From Paraphysomonas bandaiensis (taxonomy: Eukaryota; Protista; Chrysophyceae), in the NCBI GenBank assembly GCA_965644295.1, contig CBFFRP010000406.1:186001-250000 (forward strand): DNA of 64,000 bases, in the 5' to 3' direction. The notes beneath the pieces were generated by a model. That model was not told where the DNA came from. It did no database searches and worked only from the letters and a program-made list of their open reading frames with translations. A program made the translations under genes and the position numbers. Shown here one piece after another: positions 23,786-36,274 of this stretch; the stretch's first letter is position 1, and every line of letters begins with the position of its first letter.

Positions 23786-26700
23786 CTACTTGCGTCTTCT
23801 TTTATCCCTTGGTCCCTCATTAATCACTTCAGTGGAACTCTTAACTTTCTCTCCAAGATTTCTCTTTCTCTGCTCCATATATGATAAACCAACCAATGAC
23901 TTTGTATAAATATCTGCTGCTTGTTGCGATGTATGCACATGCACTAACTTAATCGTATTGAACTGATTGGGATCCACGTGCTCTCTCACCATGTGATACT
24001 TAATCTCAATGTGCTTCGACTTCTTGTGAAACACTGGGTTTTCGGCCAAATCCTGGGCACTCTGACTGTCGATGAAGAATGGTGTGGGTTTGATGAGCCT
24101 CAACTTAATCTCACCCGTCACCCCCCGAACCCATAGCACTTCTTGGAGACCCGAGTAAATACACTGATACTCAGACTGCATGCTTGACGTTGCCACTGTC
24201 GTCTGCAGTTTGGACTGCCAGACTATAGGCCCTCCCGCTGCAAACCCAACGTACCCCGACGTGGACTTCCTGGAGAGCTGGTCTCCCGCCCAATCCGCGT
24301 CAGTAAACATATGGAAGTCGAACCGTCTACTCCCATATTGAATCCCTTTGTCAATAGAACCACGAATATATTGCCATACGTGTGTTAATAGCTTGCATAC
24401 TTCAATATTCACCTTATTACTGAACCGAGACAGTACTCCCACTGCATAGGCAATATCCGGCCTCGTGTTCATCGAGAGATATAGTAATGCACCTATCAGC
24501 GGCCGATATGGGAAGTTATCTACTATAAGCTGTTCCTCCTCGGTATGCTCATGCCGTGCCCCTTTTGCCACTAAATCCATTGCTTCCGCCGGTAGAGGAC
24601 TCTTCCGTACCTTTCGCGGTGACCCAAGATACTTTTCAAACTTTTCTAAGATCTTAGCCGCATATACTGATTGGTCAAGACGAATATACTCTGGCGTTCT
24701 TGTGACTCGAACATTCAGAAAATGTTCCATCTCGCCCATATCCTTCATATCAAACCGGGCACACAGTTGAGCTTTAATATCCTTCACTATGTTGACATCA
24801 CGACCTAACACTAGGATATCATCCACATATATCGTTAATAATATCAATTCATCGCCCTTATACTGATAATACAAACACGGGTCTAATACACATGGTTTAA
24901 AATGCATAGATCGTATGAATTTATCCAATGTTTTCCACCACGACCGCGGGGAACTCCGAAGCCCGTATAACGACTTCTTCAACTTAAAGCAGTACCCCTC
25001 AGGCAGCTGAAAGTCCGGAGTTGCCTTCATATATACATCCCCCTCTATATCTGCATATAGAAATGCGTTAGACACATCCAGTTGATGAATTACCATGTTC
25101 ATCACGAAAGCTATGGCGATTAACAGTCGCACTGTTACCCCCTTAACAACGGGTGCGAAATGGTTCGCCCAACCACTCGACTGCTGTCCACAACCGATTG
25201 CTACAAGACGAGCCTTATATCGGCGGACCTCTCCCTCCTTATCGTACTTCTTTCCATAGACGTACTTGGAGTGCAGTGGGACGACTCCGTCCGGTATACG
25301 AGTCACCTCCATGGTATCTCGCTTCGCCAAACCCTCTCGCTCTACACGGCGAGCTCGTCTCCACTCCCTGTGCTCGGCACTCTCCAAGGACTCACGATGT
25401 GTCTGAGGCACTGTCGACTCTTCCGCTGACATCCACACTGAGTCTGCCTCCTGTAAAAGGTCACTCACATCACTCTCATCACTCAAATGATGGATTTGTC
25501 CTAACACCGACACATTCGTTACCGTCCTTGGAGTTCTTGCGCGTTTGCCGTGCGGATGATTCTCGGCAGGGGTCCCTTCCCCCGAAGGTAATGCTGAGTC
25601 AGCCTGGGGCTGCACCTGCCCACTTTCCGACTGCTGTGGCACCACTCCGCTGATACCGCCGTCACGGTTGTCAGTAACTCTGGCCCTAACCACCCTCTGC
25701 GCAAGATCCTCTGTCATCTTCTTGATGTCAGCAATATGAATAGGAGTTTTATCCTCCACTTGAACCTGGTTACCAGTAACCAACGACCGGTATCCCACAA
25801 TAAGTCCCTTCCTTATCACCACTCTGTTAGTCTTGTATAGCAGACCACCATCCTCATGGTGCTTTCCGATAAGATACTCAAACTCACCCGGTTGACGAGC
25901 CTCGGGATCTATAGCCACTTGAGCCTCCTCCAGCTCTCTATAATAATCCTGAGACCTCTCAGGTACCGATTCATCAAATAATACATGTACAGAGTGTACT
26001 ACGGTGTCCCCCACTAGCACCTTGTATCCTTTTCGATCAGCTGGATACCCTATGAAATAACCTGTCATTGCTTTGTCCTCCCAGTCCTTCCTCCTGTCGG
26101 CCTTGGGTGTTAGCACATATGCTTTGCACCCCCATTTCCGTAGCCACGATAGGCTGGGAACGCTCCCCCTGGGACACACTCATATGGAGACATCCATCCT
26201 TGCCACGTCCGAGTTGGCATTCGTCGCACAATGTAACATGCAGTTTGATAAGCATCAAACCAGAACGACTTTGGAAGTCCAGATGCCGTCAACATCGTCA
26301 GTGTCATCTCCCCAATTGTTCGGAATTTCCTCTCAGACACCGCGTTGAGCTCTGGCGTGTCTCGTGTTGTATGTGACACCCGAGTCCCATATCGCTGCAA
26401 CAGATACTCTCTTATCTGCTGACTAATAAGTTCGGATCCTCCATCGGCATGATACTCCACTATACGGTTCCACCCCTCGTACTTCACTAAGTGGACCTCG
26501 CACAAGTGTCGTAGACATTTGAACACCTCCTCTCCGCTTCGAGTCCTCAATCCATATTCCCATATCATCTTTGTTGCTAAGTCCGTAAATAGGAGCACGT
26601 ACTTATACCCTTGTCTGGATTCACAATTGAGATAGACGGAGATGTCCGCTGTTACTCTTTCCAGGAACCTGACTGCGCTTAGCTCTTCGTTGTCCCGTGA

Positions 26701-28383
26701 TTTGAACGAATGCCTGGTTATCTTCGCCTTGGCACACCATTTACACAGGGGTTTCTTGCAACTCTTCTCCTTTGCCTTCGAAAGGTGATGTCGTTGTAGT
26801 CCTGATCCTCTGAATAACATGTGTCGGTGAGCTTCTATTAACTTCGATTTCGAGACATGTCCAGTACGCTCATGTAAGCGATCCAACGCATCTTGTCCTG
26901 TATTATCCGACAAATTTACCTCCTCCATCTGATTGCACATAGACACATTTGGCAGATTTAACACCTCCATCAAGTCCACATACGGCATTCCTCCATGCTC
27001 ATCGTACTCTCCAGTCAACACCTCGTTTCCAGAGTCCAATTCCACGATTTTAGGCTTTCGAAGCAGTTGTAATCCGTATCCCATTGATCTCAGCATTCCT
27101 CCTGACACAATGTTCTTCACCGCTTCTTCACTAACTCTGATGTCTCTCCATTCCCCGAATGTACCAGTTCCCTGTGTCTCCAATTGAGAACCCTTTCTAG
27201 TTAGTTGGATTGCCCCAAACTCAGGAGTAAATGACTCCAGTGCAATTTTATCCTTTACTATAAACAGTCTTTTACTTGCACAACTGTCCAGATATACACG
27301 AGGTTCTTCCGACGTATCCACCGATAGCAAAACCTCTTCTCCAAACATATTCGCTTCATCATCCGACGACTCTCCGTCGTTGACGTATTTCTTCCATTCT
27401 GTCTCGAATTTCCTGTTCGATTTTCGAGGATTCTCATTATCCGGGTTTTTTATGTTCTTCCGTTTTTTCGACTTGCACTGTCGGGCTTTATGACTAAAAT
27501 CTCCACAGATATGACAACCAGTATAATCCTTTGACCCTGGCTGCTGCACACTCTTCGAAGCCTTTTCCTTTGTCTTCCCTTTTCTTTTGAACTTATCCAT
27601 TTTTCTTTGTCGTTCCTTAGCATAACAATTCGCTGCTACATGTCCCTTCTTCCGACAAAATGAACAAACCACTGGCTCCTTCGACGCCGTAAAATTGATC
27701 TCTTCAGATTTGTCTCCCTTTAGTTTCTTCAGCTGCGTCATAGCCTCGTCATACTCTTCACAAGCCTCTTTCACCGAATCAAATGTAGTTGTTGCTTTAG
27801 GCATCATCGCTACCGACATCCATAAATCATGTAATTCCTCTATCTGCAGCGCTGCTTTTATCTTTGCTAATTTACTTGCCTCTGTCTGCGGTTGTCCCAA
27901 TTTTATGAGCTTCTGGATTATACCGTTCAGTCGATCTACCCCAACAGACACCTTTTCCCCCGGCCTTATTTTGAACGAATGGTATTCTGCCGTAGTCTTC
28001 TCCAATACAGTCCCAATCTCGCCTCTGAACCTATCAACCAGTGTCTGAAGGAGCTCACTGGATAACACCTCCTTAGCAGGATCATCAGCAGGTAAAATTG
28101 CCTTCCCCTCCAAATATTGATTGGCTACCTCCAACACATCAGGGTCATGCTCGCAAGCCTCCCAAATAGTACTAACACAGGTATCATTACGCTCTCTCCA
28201 TGACTCTAAATTCCTTCCTCCGGCTGGCGGGTCCTCCAAGCCAAGATGGTTTCGGTTTTTCTTCATTAGATGCATCTTGATTTTTCTCGCTGAATAGTCT
28301 GCTTGGTTCTTGTCAAACCGTAGCTTCTTGTCATCTTCCCCATCCCTACAACTACCATCCGCTACCATAACAGAAGTTGACAT
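23786..28383 (-). CDS. Copia gag-pol polyprotein, split by a 1-nt frameshift at about 26165
   Basis: ORFs 26110-28383 and 23786-26179 overlap. The joined reading SPYECVP.GSVPSLSWLRKWGCKAY restores the conserved post-integrase-core motif. Confidence 0.9.
28350..28367 (-). promoter_or_regulatory. Primer-binding site, probably tRNA-iMet
   Basis: Minus-strand TGGTAGCGGATGGTAGTT lies directly after the LTR. It parses as TGGT (anti-ACCA) + 7-nt acceptor (AGC start) + 5-nt T stem + TT. Confidence 0.8.
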
Positions 28384-28519
28384 TATTTGCTAAGGTTTAC
28401 TATTCTCAACTGATAAGATGAAATTATAAACATTACATGATAAAGAACCTAAGTTGTGTTCGATGTGTTCAACACCATTCATTTACTACTATAGTGTACA
28501 AACCACACACTCAGTGATC
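28368..28519 (-). repeat. Truncated 5' LTR (152 bp remnant)
   Basis: Appears identical to 23370-23521 and ends abruptly at gatc. Confidence 0.9.
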
Positions 28520-29422
28520 ATCTGTTATTCCACACTTCGAAAAAGCTTAATAATCTCGTCACTAATTTGAATTCAACAATGACCGAGTAGGCGCAAAAGT
28601 TGTTGCCGTCTTGTGTTTACGTGAGTTTGAAATTCGACAAAACAGAAGAATAGCCTACATACGCATCAATGAATCAACATAATGAACATACATTACATCA
28701 ATGTGTAATTATTCCTATTAATAGTTACGAAAGTCTGTGATTTCAGACATTTTCACATGCAAATACATCACATTCATCGTCTCAATCAAAGTCTGAAGAG
28801 ACTTCAAAGCCTCCGTCATCTCATGGGGGTTGAACCAAACTATCTTTATTGTTGAACTAATTAATATAGTTAGACGAAGTCCTCACCAAGAATTACTTCA
28901 TTGGCAATGCTAACCAATAAATGATTGCTCATTTTTTCTTAAATTGTTCTGACATAAAACTATATTAGCATAGATCTTGTAGGTCACTTGTAGGAATTAT
29001 GAAAAGTGGGGTCAGAGATATGTCGACATAGAGCGGAAGACTTATATAGACATGAGAAATAGCCCATTATTGCCCCCAGCTATGTGTGTAATGTGTAGAC
29101 AGTTCGTTCTGTCAACATTGTTTTCAGCTATGTGCTGAATCGTCCTTTGTTAAAGTCAGGAAAATGTCCTGTTTACGAGCCTATTGGGATCTCTCAAGTT
29201 AACATCAATTAAGCTGGAAGAGTATATTTAGTACACGGAAGCAACATATCTACCAGGAATCGTGGTGAGGGAGCCATCAACGATGAAACTATCTATGTAC
29301 CATCATCATGCACCTCTTCATGCACAAACTATGAACTGAACTCTGTTGAAGTTTTAGTCAAAATGCATCAGACAAGAAAATACCTCGTGAAATGATAAAA
29401 AAAACTCTATCAAAAGTGAATT

Positions 29423-29557
29423 ATAGTTATATTTAACCACGGGCAATAAGGAGTCTATATCGTCCCGCGCTCAAAATTCTGAAACGAAGGCGAAAAGCCC
29501 GAGTTTTAAAATTTAGACAAGGGACGATACTTCTTATCCCTAGGTTAAATTGTAGCT
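29423..29557. mobile_element. Palindromic MITE/foldback-like element, copy 1
   Basis: Nested inverted repeats (atttaacc..ggg / ccc..ggttaaat; atcgtccc / gggacgat) around a central cgaaggcgaaaagcccgag. Reverse-complement copy at 35338-35472. Confidence 0.8.
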
Positions 29558-30772
29558 TACCCTCATGATGTTGGAAACTTAATAATATTAGACTGTAGAG
29601 CTATTAGTGGCTTGCTATCTGTAATATGAAATAGGTGTTTCCTGATTAACATATTAAGAAAAAGAAATGAGAATACATAATATATATTGAATGTGTATAC
29701 TGTATATACTTTGAGAATAGAAATTAAACTATACTGTAGATCAACTCAAACAATAACCCCCAAATTTATATATAATAGCTACAACAAATGCACTCCTATC
29801 ACAGAAGGATACTGAGGGAATGGCAACTGCGAGGTGTTGAAATTCGTACATATGTGTGATGATGAATGTGAACAGTGGTAGTCGCGCGAAAGGCATTGCC
29901 TTAATTAGCATCATCATCACATTTATATACAATACTATACAATGCGCTTAACCTTCTCTCCTAGTGCACCTGATTGAATGATGTGTGTATGATATGAGGT
30001 ACACAATATCCTTATAAGCACAATGCGACCCAAACCCTGAAAAAACTGGATGCTACTGCATCTGATATGACACTTAAACTCTCCTGAAACATTCTTGAAG
30101 TTGTTTGAAGTCCTGGTTATGAAGATAGATTACTTGCAGACCTCATTATGATATTCTACAACAGACGAAAAGGATGGAATATAACTTGGAGTGCTATATG
30201 ACCTGCTTTGGATAGTTTGCTCATGATTGTGGTTTCTCTATAAAACTGTGTACTCTAATGAAATCACATACAATACATGACTGTCAATATCATAAGAAAG
30301 ATAGAAGTGACCTTCTGTTGAGCCGAATATTGAAGTTGAATGTGAATATTTGCCCGGTGCTGATATGAGCGCCCTGTTGAGACGAAATCAGGTCAAAAAA
30401 ATCAGGATAATATTTGTATTCAACATTCAACAATGAGTTATTGGTTATTGGCATGACGTTTAGGGCTTTTCATTTATTTGACAAGGTATTTACACTATAA
30501 CTGGTATTTCAGCATTTCAGCCATCTAATCGCACTGCACTATGTATCACAATACCGCTCACACTTGAAAATTAGCAACTACATTAAGATTGTTGAATAAT
30601 TCTCACACAAGAAATAGGTAACAAGTATATATTAATTAACAGGACACTTCCGCAATTGGAACCAGTACAATACTATAACCAGTTATTGAAAATGCATATA
30701 TCATGGATTTATGACATTGTACGCACACGTATTGCAACAAATATTCGCACAACTGGTCCTGCTAATACAGAC

Positions 30773-31702
30773 CTACGCCATCATGCTGGCCTGAAGTTCA
30801 CGCAGGGCAGCTTCATCTTCGGACTCCTGCGTTGATTGGCTTTGTGGAATCTACAGACACAAATACGAAACTTAAAAAAGAAAAATATATATATTCGGCT
30901 ATGCACCTGGACTTGTGTCGCTGGTGCATCGGGGAAGTTGAAAACTGATTGCTGTGTGGCCGGTTGGCTAGCAGGCTGGGCTTGTGCCGGGGTTGCCTCC
31001 TGCTCCAACTCCATATCTTGCAACTCGCGGAGCAGCTCATCCTGAGCACAAAACATGTTAATTGCTGTATTATTTGCAAAGTATATAGCCCCACATCTTC
31101 ATATTCATATTCTGTCGGAACTTCGGATATAACGTCTTGCAGCTCTTTAGCCATATCTTTTGCTTCTTTCATTTCGTCCATAATATCGAACGCTTGATCG
31201 GCATCCCTGCAAAAAATATAAGGCAGATATACAATACATTCTCCAAAATACTGACATGCCGCCATTAATATTCTTAAGGGCAGTTGTACTAGCCTTGAAA
31301 GAATCGACCACCCTTGCGTTCATAGCTGCTGACTCCAGCGTCGATATTTGTAATTCCAGATTCTGTCGAGTCCCTTGCAATTTGTTAACATCAGCCTCGA
31401 GCATTTTTGCTCTTTTCATGATATTCAAGGCGCCCTTCTTATCATTTTTCTTTAATTTCACGGCTGCTTCCTTGTGAAGTGCATCTATTCTGCTGGTCAA
31501 GTGCTGCTCTCTGAATGATGATCAGTGAACGAGAACAACTGCATTCTATCAACGGGTTACCTTTTGTCAATCGTTGCGATAGATTCATTCAATTGATGAA
31601 TAGCACTCTCAGTTGTGGGCTTTGGAGCGGCAGGCTTCTTTTTCCCAAACAAATTCTATACATCTGATTAAACGACAGTTCATATTTATTCATACGTACC
31701 AT
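30773..31702 (-). CDS. SNF7: ESCRT-III subunit Snf7/Vps32/CHMP4, multi-exon
   Basis: M|NLFGKKK..., DKKGALNIMKRAKMLE...NLELQISTLESAAMN, DELLRELQDMELE, FNFPDAP, EDEAALRELQASMMA*. First intron falls directly after the ATG. Confidence 0.9.
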
Positions 31703-32342
31703 GATACCCACAGTTAAAAGTAAGCACAGATGAGTAAGGAGGTTTAATTATATCGCTATTATACAGTGTTGGACAGTGATTTAATTCCTATTGACACCAG
31801 TGTGAATGTAGCTCAAAGGCATGCCTTTGTACTGCTGTATGTATAGCACAGTATATATACATATCATATGATCATAGTGCAGGTGTGTGTATGTATCAGT
31901 AGAAGATGAGAGGAATGTACCACTAGAACGACGACGTACGCTCTGTACTGTATACCACGTATACCTGTAGTTGGAAATTTTCTAGATATTCAACACTTTC
32001 GTGTGTGAATGCCTGAGCTGTGTGCTGCTCGTGAGGACGAACTGAAAAGAGTGCCTTGCTGCTGGTCCTTTCGTTTCAGTTTTACTACTTGTATATGTGC
32101 ACAACGGACTGCCCACTTTCTGTTTTTTGATTCTTCAGCAGAAGTGAGTGTGTCTGTATGTATGGGTGTGTAGGTGGTGTGTGTGTGTAGAGTATACACA
32201 GTCCTCTATAGTTAGAGTTCCGGCCGACTGTCAAGTAGATAACATTAACATCAAGACACAGAGAGGGCAGGTGTGGAAGATATTAGCCTTCATACATGGA
32301 GTTGAATCTGTAATCACATTTGTCGATTAGTTAGCCTGTGAA

Positions 32343-34720
32343 ATGTACAGTGTGAGGGCGCTGTGTCTCCTCTCCGCTCTATTCTATTCATGTCGTGTAG
32401 TGTTATCAGCGTGCCCTAATAACTGTATGGGACATGGCCAGTGCGACAAATATGGACGGTAGGTTGTTTCTATCGTGTTGTTTGAAGTAACAGTGCCTCT
32501 ATTAGATGCACGTGTTCGGATGGTTATCAGGGAGCGGACTGTTCAGAGCGAATATGCCCATATGGACATGCGTGGTCCGATGACGCCACCGCCACCGACA
32601 CAGCACATGCTCTAGCCGAGTGCTCAAATCGAGGTATTTGCGATCGATCGGATGGTACGAAACTTTCTGCTTTGCTGCGTTTCCCTCACTGATTCGTAGG
32701 AACATGTGATTGTATGGAGGGCTTCACCGGGACTGCTTGCGAACGGCTCAAGTGCGAAGATGGATGCAATGGCTTTGGCGTGTGCGCGACGTTATCTAAG
32801 ATCGCTGAGGATACTAGGTACTTTTATTTATTTTTCATTTCTGTGTACTAAAAATGGAATTCAGGGACGAGTTGTCTCAGTCTTTTCGATATGACGAGAT
32901 ATGGGACGCAGACAAAATCATGGCTTGTATTTGTGACATTGGGCATTCTGGCTACGACTGTAGCGAGTGGGTTTGTCCCAATGGCGATGACCCGCTCACC
33001 AAAGGCCAGGTGAATGAGGTCCAGCTCATTAAATGCGTGGCCACCACTGGAAACTTCGTGTTATACTACAAGTACGATAATTACGTCTGACTCTGATTCA
33101 CTACGCTAACGTCGTGTACCGTGCAGGGGACTTCCATCGAAGACAATTGCCTACAATGCAAACAAAGCCGACATTGAGGCGGCTCTGGAGCACATCAGCC
33201 TTATCACTGACGTTGCTGTATCCTTTTCTCAGCCGAACTCTCCAGCCTGCAGTCCTGATATCAACATCATTAAGGTGGAGTTTCTCGAGCAGTTCGGACC
33301 CCTGCCACCGTTAGTGGCTGAGATGGGTGAGAGCATGAGTCTCGGAGGTGGTGCAATATATGTGTCGGCCGATGGAAGCACTTGTTTCGATGATAAAGAT
33401 GGAACTGTGTTCAAATCTATCAAAGGTACCAAGGAGGCTGATGCCTGTGCTGGGCGAGGATTTTGCAACACTGATACAGGCATTTGTTCTTGTTACGACA
33501 CCAATGGTGACGCATACATGTCTTCCGATGGTTATGGAAACGCGGGAATTCGCGGCGATTGTGGATACTTCAGGGCCGAGAGTGTGAGCTCATGTCCTGG
33601 GTATTTACAGTGTTCTGGTCATGGCGTGTGCGACTCAGAGGGGGGAACCTTTCGGTGCTCCTGCTCCGAGGGTTGGTCTGGCGGAGACTGCTCCGAACGT
33701 GAATGTCCCAAGGGTTTATCTTGGTCTTCTTATCCCTCGGAAGACAACAAGGGGCATGATAAGTATAGTGTGTGCTCTGACATGGGCATTTGCGACAGAG
33801 AGTCAGGAACCTGCAAGTGTCAGGCTGCCTTTTACGGACAGGCATGTGAATACATGGCGTGCGGAGGCGGTTTGGAGGCACCTTGTCATGGCCATGGCCG
33901 ATGCATGTCTATGAATGAGCTCGCGATATGGGATGACTTCAATGGTGACGCCACGGACTTCACCTACGGGACCGACCCCAATAACCCGCACACTTGGGAT
34001 GGCCACAGAGTTTTTGGGTGTAAGTGTGATGAAGGCTACACTGGATACGATTGCAGCCTCAGGGAGTGTCCCCGCGGTGATGACCCGGGTACATACGATG
34101 ACTCTGTGGAAATACAGGTGCTACGCTGTTTGGCAGACGGGGGCACTTTTAAGCTCGGCTTCAGACAAGAGGTCACAGATGAGATCGCGTGGAACGCCTC
34201 CTCTAGCGCTGTTGAGTCTGCTCTAGAAAATCTCGGCACTTTGAGTGACCTTAACGTCACCTTTGTGAATGGCACCCATGCTTGTAACACAAGTGGTGAG
34301 GTTTATATGGTTGTGTCGTTTGACACAATTCACTCAGATTTACCTGCGCTCAAGATATTCACTGACGACCTCGTGGATGACGTGAACCACAATGGTAACC
34401 CTGGAACCGGATCGATAGAATTAGCGGTCGATGGGGAGCAACTCGGTGGACTAACTAGTGTGAAGGGCACAACTGAAAACGCATACTGCAATAACAGAGG
34501 TAGCTTGTTTGGCAGCGCATTGTATTGATAATCTAATATGTGTTAAGGGTTGTGTGATTTCACCACTGGCACGTGCCACTGCTTCGAGAATTGGGCGAGC
34601 AGCAACGGAAAGGGAGATGTGGGGAATCGTGGCGACTGTGGATACAGGAATCAAATCAACACCAATGGTAATAAGTTGCCTGTTAATCATGCTCTGGAAT
34701 ACCAAAAGTCTATTAAGTAA
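32343..34720 (+). CDS. Secreted EGF/tenascin-repeat protein of the stramenopile tubular mastigoneme (Ocm/Sig1-like) family
   Basis: Signal peptide, then ACPNNCMGHGQC, CPYGHAWSD...AECSNRGICDR..G.C.C..GFTGTAC and WDADKIMACICD.G..GYDCS..VCPNGDDP. The module repeats in the second half. Confidence 0.8.
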
Positions 34721-35337
34721 AGAGCATTTCATACCAGTCATTGCGTAAGGAGACGCTGGGATATTTGGATGTCGACACTAGTATTTATGGGTAGCATGTA
34801 ATGATGTTATGTAAATAATTATGATACTATTCAAAGTGTGAGATGTGATGACAACCCTACCCGTAGATGTGAACACTGCATCTGTTGTACATATTCCACG
34901 ATATTTTCTGTCAAACAGGATATATACTTATCCCCATTTAGTCTCAAATAAGGTGTTTTTTGACCTGAATTGGGCTCAACAGAACGCACATATTAGCACC
35001 AAGCAATATTGTTATAGATTATGCTAATGACAACACAACTTTTTACTTTCATTATCACATTTATGTACCAAAAAGTCATTACCTCGCAGTTGCTAGTCTC
35101 TCAGTATCCTTCTGTGGTAGAGTGATTATTCGTTGTAGTTACCTCGGGGGTATATTGACTTGAGTTACAGTATAGTTCAAACATCTTTCCTTTATGTAGC
35201 TGCCACTGATTGGAAACAATACTTTGATTTTTCATTTGTTTTTCTAATGCCAATCATTTAACACCTATTTCCTCTAGCAGCAAGCAAGCTACGTATACCT
35301 ATACATTCTAGATATTAGGATTTCAACAACATGGATA

Positions 35338-35472
35338 AACTACAATTTAACCTAGGGATATGGACCATCATCCCTTGTCTAGATTTTAAAACTCGGGCTA
35401 TTCGCCTTCGTTTCAGAATTTTGAGCGCGGAATGATACAGCCTCCTTATTACCCGTAATTAAATATAACTAT
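35338..35472. mobile_element. Palindromic MITE/foldback-like element, copy 2 (inverted relative to copy 1)
   Basis: ttttaaaactcgggctattcgccttcgtttcagaattttgagcgcgg is the near reverse complement of 29465-29511. Confidence 0.8.
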
Positions 35473-35790
35473 ATTGTCAATGCTGGAATATACGTATGGT
35501 CCTCTAAAACCTAATGCTGTATTATCAGTGGTGGCTATCGGAATATTGCTGGCAATTTACTTTGTGATTACCACTATTGTGGTAATAATCAACTGTCTAG
35601 AGTCAGATGCTGGCTTCAACAATGTTGACACTATATCTACAATATAACCATCAAATGCTGTTGATGTGGAATGAAGCAATTTTGAAATTTAAAAGAGCAA
35701 TGTGTACTACATGATGTCTTATTATTAGCAATGAGCGTTTAAGAGTCAGTGCTCAACTCAGATATATATCGTACTATTTAATGCTACGAA

Positions 35791-36274
35791 GCTGCAACCA
35801 CTTTCGCAATATATCACTCAAAGCAAACGCAGTGAAGTAGCAGAATGTTGATATACCTGACATCTGCTGACTTCAGTAGTTTTGAGTCCCTAAGGTGAAC
35901 AGCCCGGATGCCTGACTTCAGCAGGCAGCCCAATACTCCGGTTACCCTTCAGGTAGGCCCTCTGTCTTTAAGGTGCACTAGAGCCCGGATGCTTGACTTC
36001 AGCAGGCCGGCAGAGCTATAACCCGGATGCCCTTAATGTGGGCCCATTACCGGATGCCTTTTTATTCGTCAAGGACCAAAAAGACGTCAACACAAGTGAT
36101 ACTTATTAATGTCCCTTTTACCACGCAAGCATTTTGCTATGAGTGGAGAGAACAATATCTGCTGACTATGTATGTGGCTCACATTAGTTTCCCAGAGAGA
36201 TGTCTTCGGTACTTATCCCCCAAAACACCACGAGAATGTGTGAGTCCGATTAGGTATTTATTTTGTTGAGGGTA
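35791..36274 (+). repeat. Dispersed repeat family A, longest copy, with internal cccggatgc repeats
   Basis: Homologous to 14511-14702 (minus) and 61349-61590. Confidence 0.75.

Larger units (their letters stand above)
23370..28519 (-). mobile_element. Ty1/copia LTR retrotransposon, recent, 5' LTR truncated, gag-pol with one frameshift
   Basis: Domain order is gag (two CCHC knuckles), protease (YLDSCAS), integrase (HHCC; HADGGSE; NAVSERKFRT), RT (QLDVSNAFL, IYVDDIL), RNase H (TDADWAGD). LTR copies at both ends, plus PPT and PBS. Confidence 0.97.

Noticed and set aside
28690-29330. Possible minus-strand gene or pseudogene fragments (IVWFNPHEMTEALKSLQTLIETM)
   Set aside because: No consistent exon chain or recognisable domain could be built.
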